Assembly: GCA_002189035.1 (NCBI GenBank)
Contig: CM007991.1
Span: 1,798,001 to 1,862,000, forward strand
Direction: 5' to 3'
Source: Utricularia gibba
Lineage: Eukaryota > Plantae > Magnoliophyta
Length of the DNA stretch: 64,000 nucleotides
Shown: piece after piece, positions 12,432-24,713 of the stretch
Layout: each line of letters opens with the position of its first letter
Position numbering within the stretch: the first letter of the stretch is position 1
The notes under the pieces: model-generated
What the model saw: only the letters and a program-made list of their open reading frames with translations
Databases searched by the model: none
Told to the model about the DNA's origin: nothing
Program-made: the position numbers and the translations under genes

Positions 12432-13882
12432 ATGGCTACGGCGATTTCCCCTCTCACCTTGGCCATCTTCTCCCTTCTTGCAACCGTCTCCGTTGCCCAG
12501 CTCTCCTGTACCTCCCAGACCTTCGTCGGGAACTCCTTCGCTCTCTGCAGCGATCTGCCTTCCCTCAACTCCTTCCTTTTCTGGAACTACGATTCTGCCC
12601 GATCCACGCTTTCCGTCGCCTTTGTAGCGCCGCCGCCTCGCCCAGAGGGATGGATTTCTTGGGCCATTAACCCGACGGGAGGCGGAATGGTTGGGGCGCA
12701 CGCCCTTGTTGCGTTTAGGAATAGCAGTGGAGGAATGGCGGTGAGGTCGTATGATATCGTTGGGTATTCGTTGGGCACGGGACCCAGTACTTGGTTTCAA
12801 GTGAGGAGTGCGACGGCGGAGTTTTCAGGCGGGGTTATGAGGCTTTTCGCCACCTTGGTCCTGCCGGCGAATGCTAATACCACGATGAATCATATTTGGC
12901 AAGTGGGTTCCTCTGTTTCTGGTGGGGTTCCCAGCCTACATGCCACTCAGCCGGCTAATTTGAACGCGAGGGGCAGACTTGATCTATTGAGAGGACAGAC
13001 CACAACCGCCGTCTCCGGCGGCAACTCTAGACTCACAAACAGAAACGTAAGTTCCCCTCAATTTGTCCAATTTTCAATCTACTCATGATGCTTTTACGAA
13101 TTCGAATTTGGGCAAATCTATTGTAGCAGTTGGCTTGTTTTTTGGTTCACACCTCGGTTTTCGTCTTTGTTTTCTGGATTTTAGAAGCTAACACCAATTT
13201 CTGCTGTAACCATCTCTCAGATCCACGGAATTCTGAATGTAGTGAGCTGGGGCCTATTGTTTCCTATTGGCATCTTATTTGCAAGATACTTGAGAGTGTT
13301 TCCATCTGCGGATCCCACATGGTTTTACCTCCACGTATCCTGCCAAATTTCTGCCTACGCCATTGGAGTTGCAGGTTGGGCAACCGGGATGAGACTCGGG
13401 AGTGAGTCCTCAGGCATCACCTATTCCGTTCATCGCAATATCGGCATTACCCTATTCACCCTCGCAACCCTCCAGGTAAACCAATAGCCATTGCTTTCAC
13501 TGTGCAGCATATGAACAACAAGTCTCGTTCCATATGCTGATGAGATTGCTCTGTGTCTTCTGCTCTGCCAATTCCTCAGGTCTTTGCGTTGTTTTTGAGG
13601 CCAAAGAAGGATCACAAGCATCGTTTCTATTGGAACATCTACCACCACGGAGTGGGATACTCGATCGCCATCCTCGGCATCTACAACGTGTTCAGAGGGT
13701 TGGCCATCTTGCAGCCCGCGGCCAGTTTGAGAAATGCGTACATTGCAGTGATCTCAGTCATCGGAGGGATGGCCCTGCTGCTGGAAGTGGCGACTTGGAT
13801 CGTAGTGCTGCGGAGGAAGAAGTCTGCGTCTTCTACCAAGCCATACAATGGCCACACCAACCAGCAACATCTAGCAGCATGA
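12432..13882 (+). CDS. Cytochrome b561 and DOMON domain-containing protein (CYBDOM)
   Basis: Exons 12432-13046, 13221-13475 and 13580-13882, all phase 0. Signal peptide, DOMON ([22 protein letters not shown]) and b561 helices ([36 protein letters not shown]). Confidence 0.95.
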
Positions 13883-15330
13883 TCACCTAGTTTCATATTT
13901 GTCTGGTGGACGGGTTTCTTTGATGTTATGTACCTACCTACATGGTTTTCTGCACTAGAGATTTGTTCTTTTAGACACACATTACTGCGGATTTCACCTT
14001 TTTCCACTGTTTTACATCAGTTCCAAAACTTCTCCACTTCTCTACACACCCTTACGTGCTGGATATCCCTGCGTAATCAACACAGCACACACACAGCGAT
14101 CCAACAACCCAAGGCGCCAAGAGTGGAGGCTCGTTGGAAAAGAGCTGCGCTTTCTTCCGTCTTCTGGTTAAGTGACTTGCCCGGAGAGTAGTTGGTGACT
14201 GACTGGGCATCTCAAGGGTTGAAAAGTAGAGATGTTTTGTCCTGTCCACACAAATCATGCTTTTCACACTGATCAAGAATGATTGATTAGTTTTGTGATC
14301 ATCTTCCCGGAAGAGTCATCGAAACCAGAACAACATCAAAGGTGTCCTTCTAGATGAGTGTGTGGCAACCGATCGACCGGAGAAATTCTGAATTGATTGA
14401 GAATTTCTAATTAATTTTCACCCAAAATTTCATTGTTGAGTGACCCATTCTTGCACACCATCTTCCGCAACCACAAAAATAAATAAATAAATATTATTGA
14501 GATCTATCACATAATTTGCACAAGTACTGTTCTATAATGTGGTCGACATAGAATTACTAGAAAAAAAAATTATAAAAAAGGGACAGAAATTGCTACAAAA
14601 TCATTTCTATGAAATTAGTGGCGGAAACAATTTCTAGAAAAGTCAATGCCTATGAAAGAAACAGAACAGCGAAATTGTCTCCTTTTGCTTGCTTTGTCCA
14701 CACCTCGAAAAAGGAGTAACAACGAGGCTCGTAGTCAAAGTTGTCCGCGTGTAGTCCACGTTCTAGCAGCCACGTTGGTCCTTTCTCCACCGCTTCCTGT
14801 TGCAAACTGTGGCGGCGCCGTCGCCCCGTCCGGCCGCGTCACAACTTGGACTTTTCATTCCACATTTTTTTTAAAATATAAATAAGATATACGACCCGGT
14901 GGCCTCCTCGCTCCGACCCGATATGATATATTGGAAGGTTCCGGAGCTTTGGGAGGGTGGGGCTATTTTCGTAAATTCAAATTCATTTATATTCTCGTTT
15001 CTGATTTAGCGAATATTTTAGATTTAAGTTTTTTTAATCAGATTTGAAGTATCGGAATCCAATAAATGACGAGCTATGCGGCCTTTAGTCGTCGAGCATT
15101 CAATGGGAGTTGAGGGGCACTTAATGTCATTAAATTGCATGGCTAATTACTTAATTATCATTAATGACATCAATAATGGGCGTTTAGAAACATAGGTTTA
15201 TTAAGAGATTAGTATTTCGAAATATGGCATTCAAATACCTTAAATTATTCTCTGCATAAAAATGCCAAAATGTCTTCCGCCTGAGCGGTTGAAGCAAGGG
15301 AAGGGAAAGTATAACAACGGCTAAAATCAA

Positions 15331-16193
15331 TTAAAAGCCAAATAAAACGAGAAGGAACGGCACCAGGACAAGCATCCCATGCGCCGCGGCTGTAGCCCCG
15401 ACGGTGGTGGCGGTGGGGTGGCGACGGCGGTGGCTGGGCCGGCGGTGTCGGCGAGTGTGCTGGAGAAGGCGAAGGTGTGTGCGCCGGAGTAGGTGAAGGT
15501 GAGGGTTCTGGAGTTGGCGACGGTGAGGGCGCTGGCGAATGCCCCGGAGTAGGCGCCGGAGACGGAGACGGGGACGGGGACGGGGAAGGAGAAGGTGTAG
15601 GTGCAGGTGAAAGATTAAGCGTGCCGAAAGAATTCAAATTGGCGAAGCTAGTAGTATCATGCTTTTGGGGCACATCATTGAGGACGATATCCCCACCTGC
15701 CACGAGTGATTCACCGTCGATACCGCGGCCGGCAGCTCCAGCATGGCGTAAAGCGTCATCTGTTTTGCAGAATAAGATGCCGAGAGGCCGGTAACGGTGT
15801 AGGATATGTTGGTGGTCTGGCGCAATGGACTAATCGACACGAGATTATATGTATTCACGGAGTAATCTCCGTTGGAATGTTGGAACGCCACAAGGGCCTG
15901 CGTCCCAATCATGCCTGAGCCGGTAGGGTTAAGGCCCCACCCAATCCACCCATCATAATCAACCGGCGACGCCGTGAAGGCCACTGACAACGTCGGTTTA
16001 CCCCCGGCGGCGCGGTGTAGTTCCAGAAAAGAAACGCCCCCAGGTAAGTAAGGTTCAGGCAGTGCTCGAAATGGGGGAAGTCAGGGGACGGACAGGACGG
16101 AGTCCACCCCAACACCGAAGCCGGTGATGTTATCATAACGGCGGCGGCAGAGATGAGAAGAACGAATGCCGTGAATCCACCGCAAGCCGCCAT
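15331..16193 (-). CDS. AIR12-like DOMON protein with Ser/Pro-rich linker and GPI-anchor signal (four apparent -1 frameshifts in G/C runs)
   Basis: Adding one base at each of the runs 16001-16005, 15691-15694, 15415-15418 and 15396-15399 gives 289 codons: signal peptide, DOMON ([23 protein letters not shown]), (SP/AP)n linker and the tail [23 protein letters not shown]. Confidence 0.85.
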
Positions 16194-16878
16194 GGATAGG
16201 GAGAGTGAGTGACAGTATGTGCAAGAGATACAAGAAAACGACGAATCGCAGAGTTGTTTATATAGACCGTTGGAGAAGCTCGATAAGACTCGTGCTTTAG
16301 AAATCGACTTATATCCTATGTTGGCTTGCTATATTTATGTATATTTACAACCCTGGAAAAAAAAACTTTTACCCCATGAAAATGGCTTAAATTACCGAAC
16401 TGCCATTGACATTAAATGGCATGGCGAAAGTGGGAGCATGCAATTATGAGAGGAAGGCCTACTGGTGCATGAGGGTAATTATGGGAAATAATTGTGGTCG
16501 TGGCATCAAGGGCCAAGGCGTCTCACGGGCACCTTCTCAAAGCATACGAATTTGGGACACTATACAGTAGGCAAACCGGAGCTATAAGATTAGAAGCCAA
16601 TTATAATCATAAGGTTGGGGATTATTGGGAATTAATTTTTAATTTTTTTGATTTTTTTTCTTTTTTTTGCGGTCAACCACTAAATCCATGGGAGAAATCA
16701 GGCCTTATTTTAAAATGTTTTAACACTACAATCCCAAAAATAGTCACTAGGCAGTGGGTTCAGCATGACGTCATCAATGCCGTCATGAGGAACCAATTGA
16801 TGGTACTATAAACATGGCCATTTTGAATTATGCTGCTTATTCGATGTGTCTTTCTTCCTTCGCCTCTGTTTCTTTTTT

Positions 16879-17570
16879 TTATCCTCTAAGGATTTGCTGG
16901 GAGGGCGCGAATGATGGCGCCGGTGCAGGTGTCGGTGTCGGTGCCGGTGCCGGTGCCGGTGACGGTGATGGTGCCGGAGACGGGAAACAGGTGTAACAAT
17001 CAGCGTGCCGTAGGAGTTCAGGTTCTCGGCGCTAAATCCATGCTTCAGCGGTACATCATGGTCAACTCTAGGGCCCACCTGCCACGTGTGATTCACCGCC
17101 CATATGGGCCCCGGAAGCTCCAGCGTGGCGAAAATCGTCATCCTTTTTTCACGGTATTCTGCTCCCAGGCTGGTGACGTTGTAAGATATAGCCGTGGGGT
17201 GTAGGAATGGCCCATCCGACTCCAGATCGTAGGTGTTCACGGCGTACTCTCCGGTGGAATGCTTGAACGCCAAGAGGGCCTGGGTCCCAGTCATGCCTGA
17301 GCCGGTGGGGTTCAGGCCCCACCCAGCCCACCCATGACACTCGACCGGCGACGCCGAGAACGCCACGGACAACGATGGGCTGCCCGCCTTCGGCACGGTG
17401 TATGTCCAGAAAATAAAAGCGCCCAGAGTTGGAAGCTCCTCGCAGTAATCGTATTGGGAGGCGTCGAAACCAGGGTCAACACATGATGGCCTGCATGCCG
17501 ATGCCGGAGCTATCAAAACTACGGCGGAGAAGAGAATGATGAAAACCCCAATTCCACCGGAGACCGCCAT
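16879..17570 (-). CDS. AIR12-like DOMON protein, tandem paralogue, Pro-rich tail (one apparent -1 frameshift)
   Basis: Likely ATG at 17570 (MAVSGGIGVFIILFSAVVLIAPA signal peptide). [28 protein letters not shown]. Adding one base at 16982-16984 gives a [24 protein letters not shown] tail and 231 codons. Confidence 0.85.
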
Positions 17571-18025
17571 CGACCCGGAGAGTAGTGGAGTGTGTCGTGA
17601 AGTCACTAACGGCCGGCCGGCTGTGGAGTTGTTTATATAGACCGTTGGAGAAGGTATTTCGTGAAGCGTGTCAAATTCGAGTGCCAAGTGATTAATTATT
17701 CATTTATTTTTTTTTTAGAAAAGTCACCATCTGTGAACGGAAAATAAGAGAAAAAGAAACACAGAATGCTTGTAGCAACGTTTATTAAATGCTAATTTTC
17801 AAGTTAGGGCACTAATGTTATTATTGCATAATCAAATCAAAAGTGGGCCTGGGCTCGTTGTAATGTCTCAAGGCTTTCAGTGAACGAGACTACAAAATTG
17901 GGGTTATGATGAAAATCGGCCCATTAATGTTTTAAGGGTTCGTTTCGTGAGAAAATTTTCAAATTAGGAGCAAGCTCCGTCGCGCGAACGTTTTTGTCGA
18001 AGTTTTTGGCAGGGTTTATCAAACG

Positions 18026-20738
18026 ATGCAGGATTCTTGTCTGAATTTCGGAAACCCGATTACCGACGCAATTTCCAGGATTCGATTTGCTCCAGCCTCG
18101 AATAATTTGCTGATTTCTTCGTGGGACTCGGTCAGTCTGGGAATGGGGAATCTGCTGTATTTCTTTCCTGGTTGTATATGAACTGATGTTGAATGTTTCG
18201 TGGACTTTAGTAGATTCTTAGACTGTATGATGTGGATAAGCGTGAAATTATATTGGAAGCGTCTAGTGAGGGAGCTGCGCTTGTGGATTGTTGTTTCGAG
18301 AGTGACTATGTAGCTTTCAGTGCTGATTCTGACGGCTGCATTTCTAGGTACGCATCTTCAGTTGGTAAACTGATTCCGGGTTGCTTTTGAAGGGGTAGTA
18401 AATGAATGTGTCAATGCCAAGGGTTGTGCGAATGCTGCAAAACTAGATTCTTTTAATAGCAAAAAATGGATCTTTTCATTTTTTTCGATATAATTGGCCA
18501 TTAAAATATAGAGATGGATGGATACGGAACTCGGTACATCTCCTCATCAGTTTATTCGACAGAGGGCATGAATCAGTGAAGCATCTCATGGGGTTGATTT
18601 ACCATACTCGCTACCTCACAACTTTCGCTTTTTAGCTGCTCGTTCCTCTCTGTTGTTTTCTTACCGAAAAGACTGATAGTTTCATTTACTCCATTTTGAA
18701 TGTGAATGAACATGTAGGTATGACCTCCTCACCGGAGAGAAAAATGCAATAGGAAATCACGATGATATGGCAACCTGTGCTGAATATTCTGAGGAAACAT
18801 GTAAACTCTTATTTCTCTGAAATTGCAAGGATAGCTTAATGTTGTTTTTTCTGAGCCTTTTCTCAGTTATTTGAATGAGAATGATAATGAATTCGTCATT
18901 GTGTGAGTTTCTTCAAGCCTTGCTGAAATATTAGGATATTCTTTTGTATGTAGCCCAACTAGTTAGTTCTGGATGGGATAGGAAGTTGAAGCTTTGGGAT
19001 CCGCGTACTGGTAGATTTGGGTCATTGATTAACATGGAGGAGGTTGTTGAATCTATCGCAATGTCTGGATTCAACTTGATTGTTGCACTAAAATCATCAG
19101 TGCATTCCTATGACTTGCGGTTCTTAGATGGATCCCTTAAACCAGAAGAGCCTAAAGTTGGCATGTATGTGAAGTGTGTTCGTTCACGGTCAAACTTAGA
19201 AGGTGATTTTCTTAATGCTTATTGATTCCTTACAATTATGTATGCATTATACTGCTTGTTATATTCGTGCAAGTTTAGTTTTCTCAGAAATGACGTTTAG
19301 ATGATTTAAATGACTGACTTAGTGCAATATAGCTTTACATGTTCACAGAGGTTAGGTATCTTCCTATGAAAGGATCAGCTGATCCATGAATGATCTAATG
19401 TTGACTTTCTGCTCATTAGGCTTTGTGGTTGGATCTGTTGACGGACGGGTTGCTTTACACTACCTTGATAGTTCTAACCTGAAGAATGAAGGGTCAGTAT
19501 AGGTTTGTGCTCTGCTGCATTCTGTGTTTCTTGGTCCCATCCTTTTCCTGATATGGTGGCGTTGTACTATAATTTTTATATCATTGTTTTTTGGATGTCC
19601 GGCCATACCATCTATTAAAAGTGCATGCTCTTGCGTCCTTGGGCATCTAGTCACTTGTGAAACGCGTGTATTCAATTTTTCAGGTTACTGAGCTTGCATT
19701 ATCTTCAGATGCTTGTGTGGTGGATTCTATAACTTCTGTTTGCTGTCTTCTAAGCACTGCATTATTCAAAATGAAGCTCGTGCATATCAATCTGCTTTCA
19801 TGTTTTCTGTTTACATTTTGCCAATCATCCTTTTTCAAAATTTACAAATCCCCCCAGATGTCTATCCTAAGACAGCATTATAATATGACTTTTGAACTTT
19901 TCAGATATGCCTTCAGATGCCATCCGAGGGAAAAGAATGGAAAACGTCACCTTGCTGCAGTAAATGATATTGTATTTGATCCATCGTAAGTTGTATACCC
20001 TCTGTTATTTATTCACTTTTATTTTCCTCATTGACTGATGAACTCGAGGAATGGTGTGTCCCATACATATGACGACCTCTCAGCATTCATGGAGTCTTTG
20101 TGACGGGTGACAATGATGGCCATGTTATAGTATGGGATACCCTAAGCAGGAAACGACTGGATGAGGTGCGGATCATAAATAACCCTGGCTTAGCTTCAGA
20201 AGAGTTCTTGCATTTCCAATTTAAAGGACTTGGGCTCATGAATCATGAGTATTAGCTCCTTGACCACATTTCGTTTGCCTTGTTTGAAATTTGAAGGACA
20301 TATGTCTCATTTTCTGCAGCATGTTACTGTTATTATTTCTTTTTTCAGTTGCCCAAATATCCCAGTAGTGTGGCATCCTTGGCATACAACCGCAGCGGGA
20401 AGCTCCTAGCTGTTGCGTCAAGTCCTACATACAAGGATGCTGATGAAAGGTACGCATCTGGATCGCCACACACCGGTTGAAAATGCTTTATCTTTTAAAA
20501 AGATGGTAATAGCACTAACAAAAAACAATAATTCAGATCGTTATTTGGAGTGGCGTTTTATCCAAAAACGGTTGAACCATGTGTTCCTGACCTTGTTTAA
20601 TGGCGTTGGATGCATTTGTTTTCAAACAGAGAGGGGCTGCCTCAGATATTCTTGCATCGCATGGATTGTCTACCCAGGAGCACAGTTTGGGATAGCGGTG
20701 GATCCGAGAGACTAATGCAGCAGCAGCAATCTGGTTGA
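18026..20738 (+). CDS. BUB3: Mitotic checkpoint WD40 protein BUB3-like (BUB3.3 type)
   Basis: Multi-exon: NPITDAISRIRFAPASNNLLISSWDS, LRLYDV, SSGWDRKLKLWDPR, GSVDGRVAL, YAFRCHP, FVTGDNDG, PKYPSSVASLAYN, and last exon EGLPQIFLH...* at 20738. Internal exon boundaries are only partly traced. Confidence 0.9.
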
Positions 20739-22353
20739 AGTCCGTGATGGGATGGGCTGGTAACATCACGAATAGTCGGCCTTCTGCATTTGGCTTCTTT
20801 TTTCATCACTTTCTCCTTCCATGATGCTATTTGTGAACCATGTAACACAATGACATTCATGTGCTCTGCCCCTCCAGCGGTTGCAGAACGATGAAGATAC
20901 TCCTGTATTCATTAAGAAAGTAGAAAGCAGAGTTGAAGCTTCATTGTTCCGGGCAACGCCCAAGCTAAGGAAAGCAAAGATCTCTAAGAATGCAAGGTGA
21001 AGATGTTCTCTAAACACTGCCTCTGGGAATGTGTCGCCACGTATTGGATCCCAATTCACCGCCTCCAGAACCACGGCCTCTTGATTCCCCAATATCCGTT
21101 TAGGTTACTCGTCGAAGAAAACTCTCCGGTACGCATCGAAGGCGCTGGAACCTGGTACCTTATTCTTCTTTCTCTCGAAAGAGGATCGCTGCATCTCTTC
21201 TATATCAAGCAGTTTCTCGCCGCCGGTTGGTATCAGCAACTCCACTCCCTCCGCCTCGGCTGAGCGCGCATATCACTTTCAGATTCTCCATTTCTACCAG
21301 GAGGTGCTCGTGATGCTTTCCGCTTTCGCGGTGGATGGCCGCGGCTACCGGTGTCCAGATGCCGCAGATGCCAGACTTCGTCGACGACGATCAGGTAGTC
21401 CGCCCGAGTTATTTGATCTTAGCATACGGGGCCTGTGGTTGATTTTGTGGATCCCTAACGTATTGGGCCCAAGACAAAGTAACATGGGCCAACACTGAAG
21501 CTCAAATATCAACCTGGCCCGTGTTTTCTTGTGCATGAATTGAATATCGTACGATTTCCAGACACAACATGAGAATCAAACTAAGGTCACGGCTTTGATG
21601 ACTGATAGACTCGAACAAATTTGACCGGAAGCTCAGGCTTGCTGTTTCTCATATTCTGCCCAAAATATGATTATTAATATTAAAATAAATAATATCACAT
21701 CAAAAAATAAAAATAAAATAATTAAATATAAAATATTATAAATAAATAATAATGAATTCATTTTAATATTTAATAATAGATTTATATTTATTATGTATTT
21801 AAATTTTATATATACTTATTTTATCAATCAAATTCTTAATTTCAACAATTATTTAACCGCATGGGTAGGATATGACAAACGAGCTATCACACCATCTTTT
21901 TCATTAACTTCTAATATGTCCCCTACAATCCAGCTTCTTCTAAGCATAAGCCGCTCCCTAAACTAAATAGCTCCAGCATACTCTATCGTATTTCATACAC
22001 GGTAGGGAGAGGACTTCGACGTTGAATTTCTAGTCGCACTGTCATCACTCGGCAATAAGCAGCAAGTAATGTGAGTGGAGAGGGATGAACAAAGCTATGG
22101 GAAAACAATGTGCGCTTGCTTACTGGAAAACTTGGCACAGAAGAACAAGAAACAAAGGTGAATGGAGATCTTATGAGGATGGACAAAAGTGCCAACCGAG
22201 AGGATGCAACCAAACTTGAAGGCATGTGCAAGTATTCAACAAAACCAGCAAGGGCTCTCTGACATAAACTTCTCAAGATAAACCTATTTACAGGGATCGA
22301 CCATTAATGCACAAAGTAAGGTGAAAGAGATGGAACCTGGAGGTGACGGATGA

Positions 22354-23981
22354 TCATGCGGTGTGGGTGAGGTTGATGGTTCGATTTAGTCTCTCTAGAA
22401 TGCCATTGGCTTTCCTCTTGGCTCTTGGTGTTCCATTCTGAGCGAGCTGAGATATTGTTTTGTGGGTAGTCTCTTCGTTCCTCAATTCTCTCCACTTGGA
22501 CCGATCACTGAAGCAAATGGAGTGAAGGATGGCGATGCAGTTCTCTTGGCTTCGAGGACATGATGTTTCCCTGATGACACTTAGTAAGCAGGGAACGCCT
22601 CCTTGGTCCCCCATTTCCTCAATGGCCTTTGAGTTGGATGCAAGAATGGCCAGGATTGAAACCAGCTCATCCACGTTTATCCGTTCCATGATCTTATTGA
22701 GGATCACTCCCACCGCACCATCTCTAACAGCTCTCAGTTTGTTGTCATGGATAATGCACAAGTTGAAAATGGCTGAGGCGGCGTCTTTCATAGCTAAAGG
22801 ATTCCCTTCATCCAACAGACCGATCAGGGCCTTAAGTGCACCGGATTTCCCAATCAAGATCTTGTTCGAGTCAAGAGCTGATAAAGTGAAAAGGGTTGCC
22901 GCAGCATTGCTTCTTGTTTCAATTCTCCCTGCATTCACTGCATCAATGAGCAGGGAATAACAGAATGAGTTTCTGCGATGGGCTTCTTGTTGCTATCATG
23001 AATTGAAATGTTCAAAAGCGTCGTTATAACATCTTCCTGGAGGTCTGAGTGCGACTCATTCTTCCACTCCATCTGAGAAAGTGGGGAGAGCAACTTGTGT
23101 ATTGCATCGGGGTATTCGCTGAAAAGGGAACGAAAAGAGGGGACCTTCTTCGTCAATCGGCGCAGCTCTTTAGCCGCTTGTTTTTGTTCAGACAAGATAG
23201 ATGAAGACATCCTCCCGAGTAACAAGAGGAAATTATCCCTTTCACCTTCCGTAAATCCATTCTCATCAAAATACTTGCCATTATCTGGTAACTGAAATCC
23301 CTTTTCTTTGCACCACTGAGTTATCAGTTCACGAACCAAGTGATTTGGAGTAAGAAGGGTGTGGGCGAGCACCTGCTGCGTTTCAGGGCATGCTCTGTTT
23401 CCATCTTTCAACCATTTCTGAATGAAGGGCCTGTCAAAAGTCTACCAAAATACATATCAGCATACGTGTTCATCACCCTCAACAACTGGAATTAAAACCT
23501 GAGAACAAAACACGATTCTTTACGAAGAAGACGACAGGATTGTTGCACCGGGAAGAAAAGAAACCTAGTAGTCTACAAGCAATCCGTAATTTCGATACCC
23601 ACAAGTAATTTCTCCGACAAAATTGATCACCAATTCGTTCAAATTTGATAAACATAAAGGAGAGAGGAGAAACCTTTCCACTTGCGATAATCACAGGATC
23701 CCTCATGATTTCCCTGGACATAGGGCAGATAAAAACTTCCGGCACCGACGAGGAGGCAACCTGGGTACCGCGAGGCTGATGTTGTCGACAAGCTTTCAAT
23801 GAACCCGCTCCTCTCTTCAATTTGATTTCCTTGATCGCGGAGAGGATCAACTGCGCCCTATCAATAGCCTCCAAATTCACATCATCTCCATCCACGATCC
23901 CCTGCATGAGTTTCTTGAGGTCTCTCCTCAACTCCCCGCCGTCGGCGTCGGTTCCTCCTCCGAGACCCCACTATTGGCCAT
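22354..23981 (-). CDS. PUB9: U-box/ARM-repeat E3 ubiquitin ligase, PUB9-like (two apparent -1 frameshifts)
   Basis: Exons 23981-23674 and 23441-22354. U-box VPEVFICPMSREIMRDPVIIASGK-TFDRPFIQKW...CPETQQVL, followed by ARM repeats. Each exon is one base short of a multiple of 3 and is repaired at the G/C runs 23934-23937 and 22953-22955. Confidence 0.88.
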
Positions 23982-24683
23982 ACCAACCGGTTTTCCCCAA
24001 ACCCAACTGACTTAACAACCACGATCACCTCACCAAGATTGCATTTCTACCAGTTGTACCCATATCCATGTTTTCCCCTCCTCCGCCCACACACACAGTC
24101 GAGCAGCGAGTGAGAAGTGCGCGCACTAAGAACGAGAGAAAGAGTGGAATAAAAGCCACCCCCAAGACCCACGTGCCAAGCGATTACAGAAAACCCATCG
24201 CCTGACAGCTGGCAACGCTGCTGAAAAACAAGCGTAGAGGATACTGGAGAGAAGAAGAAGAGGGTTACCCTCTGCCCTCCCCCAATTATCAACAAATTAA
24301 CCATTAATTTTTTTTTTTAATTCTGTGAAACGAAGGGCTCAGATTGCGTGGTGCGCACGTCTCTCTCAAGTAATTATTGGAATTTTACCGAATCCGGGGG
24401 TTTGACTTCTAACATGGGGAATCTGAATTTTTACTACCGGGTGGTTCGAATTATTAAAAGCTCGTCTGACGTGGCACCCACCCATTGGTTGCATTCTAAT
24501 TACTACGCCAGCCGGGGCGTAGACTTTCTTTCCTTTGCATCCAGCTTCCGACACTACAACGTGGATTAACCGGAAGCGAGGATCTCCCTTCGCCGTCTTC
24601 TACACAGGATCCGCAGTGGTATCTTAGTCTAGAGGGGTTAGGGTTACTTCTAGTAAGCAATCACCCTATTTAACATGCACGCA

Positions 24684-24713
24684 TTTAGGGTTTAGGGTTT
24701 AGGGTATTTAGGG
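24684..24713 (+). repeat. Short interstitial plant telomeric repeat (TTTAGGG)3-TA-TTTAGGG
   Basis: Direct reading: tttagggtttagggtttagggtatttaggg. A TTAGGG-type variant (ggggttagggtta) lies at 24634-24646. Confidence 0.85.

Noticed and set aside
12353-12800. Long antisense and alternate-frame ORFs over GC-rich genes (also 15477-15794, 22529-22960, 32354-32910, 50637-50949, 60801-61292)
   Set aside because: Shadow ORFs of GC-rich coding or UTR sequence with no recognisable motifs.
15245-15400. C-terminus [18 protein letters not shown]... of the 152-aa ORF as a real domain or splice donor
   Set aside because: Two further G/C-run corrections give a clean GPI-signal ending at 15331, which explains the region better.
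16806-16990. His/Arg-rich tail (HHHRHRHRHRHRHRHLH) on the 293-aa DOMON ORF, suggestive of a metal-binding domain
   Set aside because: It is the shifted frame of a (CCG-NCA)n Pro-rich repeat. One extra C at 16982-16984 gives an SPSPAP linker like the paralogue, matching the window-wide G/C-run indel pattern.
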